Positions 55,027 through 64,000 of a stretch of 64,000 nucleotides of DNA are shown piece after piece (position 1 is the stretch's first letter; every line of letters starts with the position of its first letter). This DNA is from a virus (lineage: Duplodnaviria > Caudoviricetes). Both the position numbers and the translations under genes were made by a program. Under the pieces are notes generated by a model. That model was not told the origin of the DNA. It saw nothing but the letters and a program-made list of their open reading frames with translations, and searched no databases. The stretch is from positions 96,001 through 160,000 of IMG/VR virus record IMGVR_UViG_3300031993_000006; one strand, written 5' to 3'.

Positions 55027-57681
55027 ATGGCTTCAACATCAGTCGCAAGAAAGTATACGAACATATCGTTTGATGACATAAGGGCTCATCTCGTCGAAAT
55101 TGTGAAGGCCAAGGAAGGCGCCCTTGCCGATATGGGGGACAGCTCGTTTGGCAAGACAATGATTGAGCTTTTCTCCGGTTTTGGCGACCTTGCGGCTAAC
55201 TGGACAGAGGCTGCCTTTGGTAATATATTCCTTGAGACGGCGACAGCCAAGCCGGCCGCTTATTCGGGTGCTCGCTCGATTGGTTACAGTGTCCGCCGCC
55301 CGGTGCCGGCAAAGTGCTCAATCGGCATCCAGGTGACATCAATCAGGGAACACGGGACACTCAAGGTATTTATCCCGAAGGGTACCGTCTTTACGATGTC
55401 CGGTGCGACGCTCACTTCGATGGACGATATGGAGTTCATATACGACTATGATTCCGATGCCGACCAGACGGGTCTTATGGAACTTTCCCGTGGCCTCAAT
55501 GTGCTTGCCGAAGGTCAGTTCCGTACTGAAGTTCTCATTTCGAATGGCCGACAGAATCAGGAATTCCACATCAATGATGCCTCTTTCTCTGATTATTTTG
55601 GTGACAGCGACCCGAACTTCTCCGATGATGGCAATATGGCTCACCGTCCGGCCTGCTTCACGCGGGTTACCTCCGATGCGACCCTGATGGACAACATCGA
55701 CCCGGATATCGTTATCGACGACAAGTTGTACTGGCGCATTTCCCGTCGCGGATTGGAGGACCCTGCTCTTGACACGAAGTCGACTACTGGGCTTGAGTTC
55801 TCTACCGAGCAGGGTAACTACAGTACGAACTATACGGCTCTCATCGAGACCGCGAATGACGGTTCTGTTGCGATTAGGTTCGGCGATGGTCTTAAGGCAG
55901 CCATTCCGTTTGGCAATATCGAGGTCACCTACTTCTCTACTAACGGTGAATCGGGTAATATGCTTGGTGTGTTCGGTACGGCGCTCTCGACGACTGGCGG
56001 GAACATTACCATTACCACAAAGGATGGGCAGGAGACCGATGTCACCCTGAACGACCTCAATATCTGCTTGGTGACCGACATTAGGGGCGGTCTGGATATA
56101 GAATCGATAGAGTCTATCCGTAACAATGCGTCTGTTATTTTCAATACGCTTGACAGGTTGGTTACTCGTGAGGCATACAAGGTATTCCTCCGGCGCTATG
56201 CCGATGTGAAGTATGCGTCTGCCTATGGCGAAGATGTTCTTAACACGAAGCTCCTCAATGGGGGTATCAATGTGAAGTACATGAACCAGGTGCGCTTTAC
56301 GGCGCTAAAGGACCTGTACCGTAAGAAGGATGGCAAGTATTACCCGACGAACGAGGACGAGTATATGTTGGCTGGGTATAAGGTCAACGGGTTGATGTAC
56401 AACTGGCTGTATGATTTCCAGGACCCGAACAAGGAGAGCGTTGTTGAGGATGGTGCTGCAATAATTGACGGCATCCGGGGAGAACTTGATGCTACCGTGG
56501 AGAAAGCTTTGGTAGCTGCCGGAATAGAAACTCCGAGCGATGAACAGATTGCCGCGATTTCGGCTGACTTGATGAAGCTTGTGAACAAGCATGTCCCGAA
56601 AATCAAGTTGGATGATTCAGTATTCTCCGCGTTCCTTACTCCGATGGATTTCGTGGTGGAAGGCTCCGAACTCCACAATATTATGCTGGCACTGAACAGG
56701 CGCGGGATGCTTACGGTCGGCGATGGTTTCCACAACTATGTGTACCCGTCCGTCCACAATATGGAAATCAAGATGGATGTCGTGCTTTACAAGGGTAACA
56801 ACTTTACTGACATCCGCGAGCGCATCAAGAATGTGGTGTACCGGTACCTCAAGGAGAATACCGAGTTCTGCACCCCGATTTTCCGCTCGAAGATTGCATC
56901 CCTTGTCCACAGCATGAAGGAAGTTGCCGGTGTCGATGTGTATTTCCAGCCGGCGGATAGCGCTTTCGCCGAGCTTGACCTTGAGAACTATCCGTGGATG
57001 GGCGATTCGACCTCCACATTCTGCGACCCGGGCACTACGGCGTTTACCGGGATGAGCTTTACCTTGCAGGGAAGCTACCGGGGTGGTCCGCGTGTTTCCG
57101 ATGTATTCACTATGCGTGACCAGGGTAAGATTCAGTCCCAGATTGCCGAATACTACGCCCAATATGTCAAGCCGTATGTCGGTACCCGGACTACAGACGG
57201 GTGCGGCAATGTCAAGGTCGAGAACTCGATTACCGACAAGCTTATTGACCGCTTTGTTGCCTATATTTGGGAGCGCGTGATGCAGGAAATCTATGCTCCT
57301 ATCACGGAAGCGCTCGATAACGAGTACAAGTCTGGGGGTACGGATACATTGCGGTACAAGGCTATTCGAGATTCAATCAAGACTTGGGAAATGGGCAAGG
57401 ATTCACTGAAGTTCAAGAACATTTCCGGGATTACCGATATGGTCGAAATCAACGGGGTGAGGCTGTTCGACTATATGCGCTATGGTATGGACTACATCAA
57501 GCTGGTGCGCCGCGTACTTGGAGCCAAGTCTACCGAAACCCTTATCAATAGCGATACGGGCAATATCACCGAATATTCCAATGACAACGAGATTGTTCAG
57601 TTCACTATCCCGAATGAACTTATCAATCTTACTGTCGCGCAGACATCTTCACTTCTTACGGGAACAGGCAGTAGCGTATAA
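55027..57681 (+). CDS. gp6: baseplate wedge protein, T4 gp6-like
   Basis: SFDDIRAHL, FLETA, ARSIGY, IRFGDG, STNGESGN, ESIESIR, RLVTREAY. Confidence 0.88.
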   Translation: MASTSVARKYTNISFDDIRAHLVEIVKAKEGALADMGDSSFGKTMIELFSGFGDLAANWTEAAFGNIFLETATAKPAAYSGARSIGYSVRRPVPAKCSIGIQVTSIREHGTLKVFIPKGTVFTMSGATLTSMDDMEFIYDYDSDADQTGLMELSRGLNVLAEGQFRTEVLISNGRQNQEFHINDASFSDYFGDSDPNFSDDGNMAHRPACFTRVTSDATLMDNIDPDIVIDDKLYWRISRRGLEDPALDTKSTTGLEFSTEQGNYSTNYTALIETANDGSVAIRFGDGLKAAIPFGNIEVTYFSTNGESGNMLGVFGTALSTTGGNITITTKDGQETDVTLNDLNICLVTDIRGGLDIESIESIRNNASVIFNTLDRLVTREAYKVFLRRYADVKYASAYGEDVLNTKLLNGGINVKYMNQVRFTALKDLYRKKDGKYYPTNEDEYMLAGYKVNGLMYNWLYDFQDPNKESVVEDGAAIIDGIRGELDATVEKALVAAGIETPSDEQIAAISADLMKLVNKHVPKIKLDDSVFSAFLTPMDFVVEGSELHNIMLALNRRGMLTVGDGFHNYVYPSVHNMEIKMDVVLYKGNNFTDIRERIKNVVYRYLKENTEFCTPIFRSKIASLVHSMKEVAGVDVYFQPADSAFAELDLENYPWMGDSTSTFCDPGTTAFTGMSFTLQGSYRGGPRVSDVFTMRDQGKIQSQIAEYYAQYVKPYVGTRTTDGCGNVKVENSITDKLIDRFVAYIWERVMQEIYAPITEALDNEYKSGGTDTLRYKAIRDSIKTWEMGKDSLKFKNISGITDMVEINGVRLFDYMRYGMDYIKLVRRVLGAKSTETLINSDTGNITEYSNDNEIVQFTIPNELINLTVAQTSSLLTGTGSSV

Positions 57682-60600
57682 TGAATCCGATTCCACTTAA
57701 TGACCGGGGCCAGTTCAGGTACCTTGACTTTGTTGCTTATCTTCCGGAATTTCTCCGTGAGGAGCCCGATGTGGTCGAGCTTGTTCAGGTAATGAGCGAC
57801 TATATCAATGACGGCTACCGAAACATCGAGGATGTCGAGGAGTTTGAGTTCAAGCTGTGTGTAGCCGAGCCGAAAGTCGAACGGGCGAAGGAAGCGCTCG
57901 CTAAGCTGCGCTCTATGTTCGACCTCGCGTCGGGTCGAAGCGACCGGGTATACTACCTATCGGTCCCCCGAGCAAATGTGAAATCCAACGAGGTGTTCGG
58001 GAAGAAGACCGGCTATACCCCGTATTATGTGGATGTTCCGCTGAGGGAAGTTGTTGACGAAATTACTGGTATACAGACTATCGATTCTAAGCTGGTCGAT
58101 ATGGAAGATGGAGATGTGGTATTCGTCAGGTATACCGCAGTTGAACCGCCTGTAACCAAGGCGTACTATCTTTCCAAGGATACAAATACTCATACAAATA
58201 CTCTCTTGGCCGACCCGGAAGGTACTAGTCAGGACCCGTTTACGGACACGAACAATACGGGTTCCCGGATGATATCGTTCAATGTCAGCGATATATCCAG
58301 CATCGGTACCAGGTATGGCGGCCTCCGGAACGGAAATACATACTTCGAGGTATTCTTCAATGCCCGGGTCAGCGATGTCAAGAGTGAGCCCGCCCGTATG
58401 CAGGTATCCTTCGATGCTGACCGTATCGATGAATCCAAGGATGATATCGTGGTCGACTACTACGGGATGAGCTATGTCGGCAATGATAAGTACTACACTA
58501 CCTTTACATTTCACGATACCAATGGGTGGGCTTGGAAGTCGGGTATTCCGGCTGGTATGTTCTATCTGAAGGATAGCAGTGGAGCAAAGCTTTCTGCTGT
58601 CGGTGAGGCGCTCAAGACGAATGAGGAGATGGCGGAGGACCCGTCGCTGTCGTATTCGTCCGAGAGGTATGCCCTTTCTAAGGATGCTACATACGATATC
58701 TATGGCGGTACTTGGACATTTGTTACCGAGACTGCGATTCCACAGGTTGATGACGGAAGGTTCTATGCGGTAAATACCCGTACTGGAAAGTGCGTCGGTG
58801 AGTTCATTTGCAGTTCGTCTAAGTCTGCCGATGGCGAGTTTGCGACATCAATGAATGCCGTATGGGTGGATGGGTATACTTCTACTATCCCGAAGGACGA
58901 AGTTATCCTTATCCAGTTCCCCCTGTTTTATAGCAAGGGTGTTCCGAATTACCGCAGCGCTGTTCCGATTGCGAACTGGGAAGTGCAAGCGTCTATTGGT
59001 GCCGTCAAGGTGGATAGCGCAGTCATTTACCGTGCGAAGAATGTCGGAACGGTTCCGGTGGACTATGGGACTTTTGAATATGATGCGCTCGATGTGAACG
59101 ACCCGATGCACTCGGTTTACATTCCGCGTGAGGTATTCTCTAAATTGTCAGCTGATATTGCTATCGGACTTCCGTTGTTCTGTGAAAATGTTCTATGGAG
59201 AGGTATTGCCACTGTAGCAAAGTGGAAGAAGGATTCTCGTGGTGGCGCTGTCGTCACGATGGCGGTTACTCTGGATACTTCTAGGGTAGGCAATACGGTT
59301 CATCTTCATAGCGGGATGCTGGGTATGATTTCAGTTACCGGCGAAACTGAGGGGACTGTCGATAACTTGTTTACAACTCCCGACCTTCTTAATGTAGCTA
59401 TTGGTTCAGGTTCTTTGTCTGGTGCGAAAGGATATGTCGTATGCCTCCTCAATGGTATCCCACACTATCCACGCTATCTCATTATCCGTGAAGTCGACCA
59501 GACTACCGGCAAGGTAACCTTTGATAGTCCGAATATCGAACCTGGGTACTATGCGTTCTATGTAATGCAGCTTGACAAGGAAACCGGCTATGTGAAGGAA
59601 TTTGGGTCGGTTAACCGTATTGGCGATAATAAGTGGAGTGGTTCCTGCAAGAGATATCGCGGCGATGTGTACACCGGCGGGCCGGCATATATGTATGACG
59701 GACAGGGGAACTGCGCTTTCATTGAAATGGGAAGCGAGGAGAATCCGGTCAGCCTGTTTACCGAGGAAACTTGGTACGAGAAGGGTGATATCGTGTATAA
59801 TCCGGGAGACGGCAAACTCTATCGCTGCCTCGTGAAAATCTATGCCGATGTCGGTGATACGCCGGACGGGATGCACGAGTTCCGCATAGAGCGGCTGGCC
59901 AATACTCATATAGAGTATTCCGAGGTATACAACAAGTTCGTACCGTACTATGGGCCGGTGAAGAGTATGGAATTTGGCGGCAAGGTGGACTACACCGGCG
60001 ATATGGATATCGCTACTCTTCCGCTTTATATTACGAAGGTGGTCGAAAACCGCTTGAAGTATGGTTGGGAGCACCGTGATTTCCTCAATTACGGCACGAT
60101 GATGAATATGAATGGCCGTGACCGTAACGGTTCGGTCGATATATTCAGTTCCGCAAGGTCAACCGGTGGCCGTGAGTTTGAGACCGCGAAGGATGCCGTG
60201 ACGGCCACTCTCAAGAGCAAGGCTAGGTGGAACATTACCTATCCTGTTGTGAAGCAGGGGGTTGCTACTGACCTGAAGGTGGATATCGATAATCAGGTAT
60301 ATGTCACGGCTGAATATGTGGAAGGCGCATGGGTTGTCTCGGTGGCATCGGCTGCCCACGGATTGGTCGAAGGTGCTCTTATCAGGGTTACTGGGTTTGC
60401 CGAGACATCGGGCCTGAATATCAATGGGTATTACCCGGTCCATGTTGTGGATGGGGATAATATCAGCTTCTCGATAACTGACTCCAGGATGATGAGTACC
60501 CGCCGCGTGATTAACTTTGAGGTAAGCGAGAATACCAGCATTGACTATATCGGCGAATATTGGGCTGACTTGGTTACTGTTGAGAAGGTTGCCGGTGAAT

Positions 60601-62756
60601 CATCGGTATATCAGGTAGCTGCTGCTAATCCGCTTGTTGGAATCACCGAAGGCGATGTTCTTACACTGGTTGACATTGATGCCGATACCGGAAAGAGCAA
60701 CGCTCCGGCCAAGGTAGAAGTTACTGTACTATCTGATAGTGTTCCGGGCGATGGGGTTATTCGATTTACTTGCGGTGCGGATATTTCTGCTTATCTTTCG
60801 GATTCGTTCCAGTTGAGACGGGCTGCCGAGGAAGGCGACTATGTGATGGTCGACGATTTGGTGTATCTTGTTGGCAATGGCTTGTGGGGATTGCGTGATG
60901 AGCACGACTTGGCGATTCCGTCGGTTCTTGTGTCCAAGCAGAACTTGATGGATGTAAGCAATACTAATCCGGAACTTGCGCTTGGCGAAGATATCGTAGT
61001 CGAGCGAATCATTCCGGAAAGCGCTGATGTCGCGATTGTCCGTATCAAACAGCCATTGCTTCACTTTACCGCGGAGAATCGTTCGATAATCGCCGGAAGG
61101 ACGATGGTCAAGATAACCAATGCTTCCCCGAGCCAGTACAACGGGTGGCATACTGTTACCGATGTTGTTGGTCCAAAGGCGTTCAGGATATCGGTTCGGC
61201 TTCCAGAAGATGATGTCATCGAGGCACAGGGTCTCAACGGGATGCCGATTCGGTTGAACGAGGGTAGATGGTATGCGTTTGCCTTGAATGGTATCGATTG
61301 GGAAAAGGTGAGCAATCGCGTGACCTATTCGCTCGACAACAAGATAACCTCGGTCAGCGACGGGCTGGTGATTACTGACCGCGACCACGGCTTTGCCGAG
61401 GGCGACTATGTGGTTGTAGGCAGTCTTTCCGATATCGTGTCGGTCGATGCATATAACAAGGATGAATTGACCGGGATATCGTGTTACCGGGTGGCCAAGC
61501 TCAATGGTACCCGTGGGGCTACTTTGGTTAATATAGATGGTACGCCGGCTACTGCCGTCGCTGAAGGCGCTGCAATCGCTCGGGGCGTCCTGCTGACTGC
61601 CCGTAGGGACGATATCGGTTCCCTCACTGGGGAATACAGCCGCAAGCTTGAATCCCTTGGAGGTAAACGCTATCGGTTCACGGTGGGGGATATCGTGATT
61701 GCGCTTGCTCAGCAGAATCCATCCGAAATTAAGTCTTGGCGCGTCAATAAGGATGGTGATTGGCTACCTGTTAGGGCCAAGCGAAGCTTGAAGGTTTCCG
61801 CATTGGGAGTCTACAGCTACGATAATGCCGCGTTTGACGGTACTGATGTCGATTCCGGTGAGGCCGCCGAGAAGTACGAGACATATAGCGATGTGGATGT
61901 GGAATCGTTTGATGCCGATGTTTATGTAGCTGGCTACCGCTGTGTTTCCCGTCCGAACTTCGCGGCTCCTGCATTGGAAGATATGGATACGACACGGACG
62001 GCTTCGCTTGAATATTCTTCTGCTGAGGACTTTTCTACGGTTTCTCCGAGGACCAATATGAAGCCCGGCTTCAAGGGCATTCCTTCGATGAAGTACCCGC
62101 TTGTCGAGAAGATTGAGCGTCTTTGCTACCTCAGGGATGCACATGTCATCGATTTCGAGCTAATCGAGTACCTCGCCCGGTTCCTCGGGTATGATATTAC
62201 GGCTCTTGGGCAGGATATCGGCGAAAGCAGTATGTACAGCACCAAGGCCGAGAGGGAACTTGCGGTTAGGGAAACCATTGCTAATCTCCCGCAGTACTAT
62301 TCATTGGGCGGTACCAAGCCGGGTATCCGTATGTTGCTTGCAACATTCGGGGTGATTGCCGATGTACTGACCCTTTGGACTGATGCGAATCGTCCGTATT
62401 CCGATATGATTCACCGCGATGAGGTTATCGAGAAGGTCGAATCCGGCAAGGGTGGTAAGTGGGTTCCGACGCCGTACATCGATGTGGTAGTCACTAACGA
62501 TAGTCGGTTGCCTCAGTTTACCGCTCGTCAGGGCGATATCGAGCGCATCAAGGAGCAGATTCGGGTATTCAAGCCGATAAATGTGGTGTTCAGGGATTTC
62601 ATCATCAAGATGGTCGATACATTGAAGCTGGACCCCATGATTTACCTGTGTGGCTCCGAGGTGAAGACTACTGCCGGAGTGGTCGTCGCCACTAATGATG
62701 ATACCCCGATAACGGTCGACTATAGCGACGATGAACTGAATAATTGTGCTTTCTAG
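57681..62756 (+). CDS. large baseplate wedge protein, gp7-like
   Basis: Follows gp6; N-terminal YLPEFL and C-terminal YLARFLGY..YYSLGGTKPGI..IRVFKP resemble gp7/P2 gpI-type wedge segments. Confidence 0.65.
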   Translation: MNPIPLNDRGQFRYLDFVAYLPEFLREEPDVVELVQVMSDYINDGYRNIEDVEEFEFKLCVAEPKVERAKEALAKLRSMFDLASGRSDRVYYLSVPRANVKSNEVFGKKTGYTPYYVDVPLREVVDEITGIQTIDSKLVDMEDGDVVFVRYTAVEPPVTKAYYLSKDTNTHTNTLLADPEGTSQDPFTDTNNTGSRMISFNVSDISSIGTRYGGLRNGNTYFEVFFNARVSDVKSEPARMQVSFDADRIDESKDDIVVDYYGMSYVGNDKYYTTFTFHDTNGWAWKSGIPAGMFYLKDSSGAKLSAVGEALKTNEEMAEDPSLSYSSERYALSKDATYDIYGGTWTFVTETAIPQVDDGRFYAVNTRTGKCVGEFICSSSKSADGEFATSMNAVWVDGYTSTIPKDEVILIQFPLFYSKGVPNYRSAVPIANWEVQASIGAVKVDSAVIYRAKNVGTVPVDYGTFEYDALDVNDPMHSVYIPREVFSKLSADIAIGLPLFCENVLWRGIATVAKWKKDSRGGAVVTMAVTLDTSRVGNTVHLHSGMLGMISVTGETEGTVDNLFTTPDLLNVAIGSGSLSGAKGYVVCLLNGIPHYPRYLIIREVDQTTGKVTFDSPNIEPGYYAFYVMQLDKETGYVKEFGSVNRIGDNKWSGSCKRYRGDVYTGGPAYMYDGQGNCAFIEMGSEENPVSLFTEETWYEKGDIVYNPGDGKLYRCLVKIYADVGDTPDGMHEFRIERLANTHIEYSEVYNKFVPYYGPVKSMEFGGKVDYTGDMDIATLPLYITKVVENRLKYGWEHRDFLNYGTMMNMNGRDRNGSVDIFSSARSTGGREFETAKDAVTATLKSKARWNITYPVVKQGVATDLKVDIDNQVYVTAEYVEGAWVVSVASAAHGLVEGALIRVTGFAETSGLNINGYYPVHVVDGDNISFSITDSRMMSTRRVINFEVSENTSIDYIGEYWADLVTVEKVAGESSVYQVAAANPLVGITEGDVLTLVDIDADTGKSNAPAKVEVTVLSDSVPGDGVIRFTCGADISAYLSDSFQLRRAAEEGDYVMVDDLVYLVGNGLWGLRDEHDLAIPSVLVSKQNLMDVSNTNPELALGEDIVVERIIPESADVAIVRIKQPLLHFTAENRSIIAGRTMVKITNASPSQYNGWHTVTDVVGPKAFRISVRLPEDDVIEAQGLNGMPIRLNEGRWYAFALNGIDWEKVSNRVTYSLDNKITSVSDGLVITDRDHGFAEGDYVVVGSLSDIVSVDAYNKDELTGISCYRVAKLNGTRGATLVNIDGTPATAVAEGAAIARGVLLTARRDDIGSLTGEYSRKLESLGGKRYRFTVGDIVIALAQQNPSEIKSWRVNKDGDWLPVRAKRSLKVSALGVYSYDNAAFDGTDVDSGEAAEKYETYSDVDVESFDADVYVAGYRCVSRPNFAAPALEDMDTTRTASLEYSSAEDFSTVSPRTNMKPGFKGIPSMKYPLVEKIERLCYLRDAHVIDFELIEYLARFLGYDITALGQDIGESSMYSTKAERELAVRETIANLPQYYSLGGTKPGIRMLLATFGVIADVLTLWTDANRPYSDMIHRDEVIEKVESGKGGKWVPTPYIDVVVTNDSRLPQFTARQGDIERIKEQIRVFKPINVVFRDFIIKMVDTLKLDPMIYLCGSEVKTTAGVVVATNDDTPITVDYSDDELNNCAF

Positions 62757-62781
62757 CCGGTATTAGGAGGATAAAATACGG

Positions 62782-62808
62782 GCTACCGGGGTTACCCGGT
62801 AGCTTTTT
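62782..62808 (+). terminator. intrinsic terminator
   Basis: GCTACCGGG-gtta-CCCGGTAGC plus TTTTT. Confidence 0.85.
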
Positions 62809-62853
62809 GCGGATATAAACTAGATTCTTGATAGAATTATCCAGGATGACCCA

Positions 62854-64000
62854 ATGAATGATATTAAATTGACCGAACAAGGCAGGGCCCTTTTGCTTCA
62901 GGCTAATACTAATGCCGGGGGCGTAACATATTGGATTGGGTATTTTGGTTTGGCTTATGTGCCTGACCAGAGTAATTTTAACCCTAATGGTTCAACGCTT
63001 ATTGGGGCCAACGAAAAAGGCGACTACATCTACAATATTTGGCAGGGCGATTTATTTTCCGAAGGCCATATGATTGACAGTGGTAGGGCGATTACACTCT
63101 ATGACCGCAATATATCATCTAACTTCAAGTATGTCTACAACAGGGAAAAGGGTTGCAATCAGCTGGTTACCTGGACTTGCGACGGGAATGCTGATGGGTC
63201 TAATGGTGAAGAGACACCGACATATATCAGGACTGGGTTTAAGGTATATGAAGGTGTCAAGTCGGGTGATGGGAATAATGTCGGCGATGTAACTGACAGT
63301 GAGATTCCGTGCCCGGCCCCGTTGGTTTATCTTGGGAAGAATAAGAGTTATACCGATGCAGGTGAAATTAGTACTTGGGATATATTGATGAATAATATCA
63401 TCGGATATGACTGGCCGCTCAGTGGTACAGTGGGTGGTACAGGCCGACATCCGATGGTCACCCCGGATATGCGTTTTTATGACGGCAATGTGGAACTTGT
63501 AAACGATACCGAGTTTGATGCGCAGCCGGATGGCACGGTTGACCCGTTCGGTGTTATTGCTTCTCCGAATACGAGAAGTGAATACACTCTTAATCAGTTT
63601 GGTGAATTTGTAAGTGTGTCTAATTTCAACAAGGGACATGGCCATGTGTCATCCGAGGGTTACGAGATGTACACTCAGGATTCCTGCCACAATATGTCCC
63701 AGGTTACTCGGTTGTTCCCTATTGCGAAGTACGAAATCGAATCGACTCAGCCATCTACTGATGATTCTAACACTAAGACTGATGAAGCGACGACACTTAA
63801 GTACCATATTGAATTGAACCTGAATGCCGCTTATGCCGCTGAACAGGAGTACGAAAAATCTCTGCAGTATCAGGCGCCGCAGAGTTCAGATACAGTTTCT
63901 GAGGAGGAGCAGGCTGACGAGGAAATCTTTGTCGGACATCATCCTAATTCATTCAAGTTTAACCGTATTGGTATTTATGCCGTGCAGGCTACTTTGCGCC
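62854..64000 (+). CDS. partial tail/baseplate protein running off the window end (not in the ORF track)
   Basis: ATAAACT 62815-62821, ATG 62854 MNDIKLTEQGRALL.. and in-frame FNRIGIYA at the window end, reminiscent of tail-fibre N-terminal domains. Confidence 0.65.
   Translation, partial: MNDIKLTEQGRALLLQANTNAGGVTYWIGYFGLAYVPDQSNFNPNGSTLIGANEKGDYIYNIWQGDLFSEGHMIDSGRAITLYDRNISSNFKYVYNREKGCNQLVTWTCDGNADGSNGEETPTYIRTGFKVYEGVKSGDGNNVGDVTDSEIPCPAPLVYLGKNKSYTDAGEISTWDILMNNIIGYDWPLSGTVGGTGRHPMVTPDMRFYDGNVELVNDTEFDAQPDGTVDPFGVIASPNTRSEYTLNQFGEFVSVSNFNKGHGHVSSEGYEMYTQDSCHNMSQVTRLFPIAKYEIESTQPSTDDSNTKTDEATTLKYHIELNLNAAYAAEQEYEKSLQYQAPQSSDTVSEEEQADEEIFVGHHPNSFKFNRIGIYAVQATLR

Noticed and set aside
1374-55027. 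ORF-track starts 1374, 11657, 34897, 42224, 46772, 49430 and 55009
   Set aside because: They lie upstream of or across promoter or terminator motifs, or use rare starts; downstream ATGs fit better.
1422-61388. Long antisense or alternate-frame ORFs (e.g. 1422-2462, 20840-22141, 26040-27221, 37618-38901)
   Set aside because: They shadow recognisable genes, are explained by codon bias, and show no motifs or promoters.
1-64000. Stop-codon reassignment as seen in some large phages
   Set aside because: Conserved genes are full length in the standard code, and TAA, TAG and TGA all end genes.
1-64000. tRNA or rRNA genes
   Set aside because: No cloverleaf or T-loop pattern was seen in the intergenic gaps by eye; tRNAscan-SE would be needed to confirm.

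Overview
This window is part of a large, divergent T4-like (myovirus-type) phage genome read in the standard code. It carries head genes (portal gp20, major capsid gp23, prohead protease gp21, core gp22-like), neck, tail and baseplate genes (gp13, gp14, gp15, gp6, gp7-like), a gp55-type late sigma factor, DNA and nucleotide metabolism genes (dUTPase, RNase H/FEN, gp46/SbcC, DEDDh exonuclease, Nif3) and accessory genes (Hsp20, Dps-like, 2H and DHH phosphoesterases, M16 peptidase, amidase, two tandem Hef-like nucleases). Two promoter motifs can be read by eye: ATAAACT (late) and GCTATATTTG (early/host-type, often 4-5 nt before ATG). There is also a perfect sigma54 box before hsp20. The most unusual signal is RNA-guided mobile DNA tied to phage transcription. 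(i) An IS605-type tnpB-only element and two to three protein-free copies of its right-end omegaRNA-like scaffold each lie just upstream of a late promoter, and the putative target motif TTTAT is the reverse complement of that promoter core. (ii) An IS607-like element with a 577-aa TnpB and a kissing-loop RNA leader splits a 91-aa phage gene that can be rebuilt in frame. All family calls come from motif recognition by eye; no database search was run.
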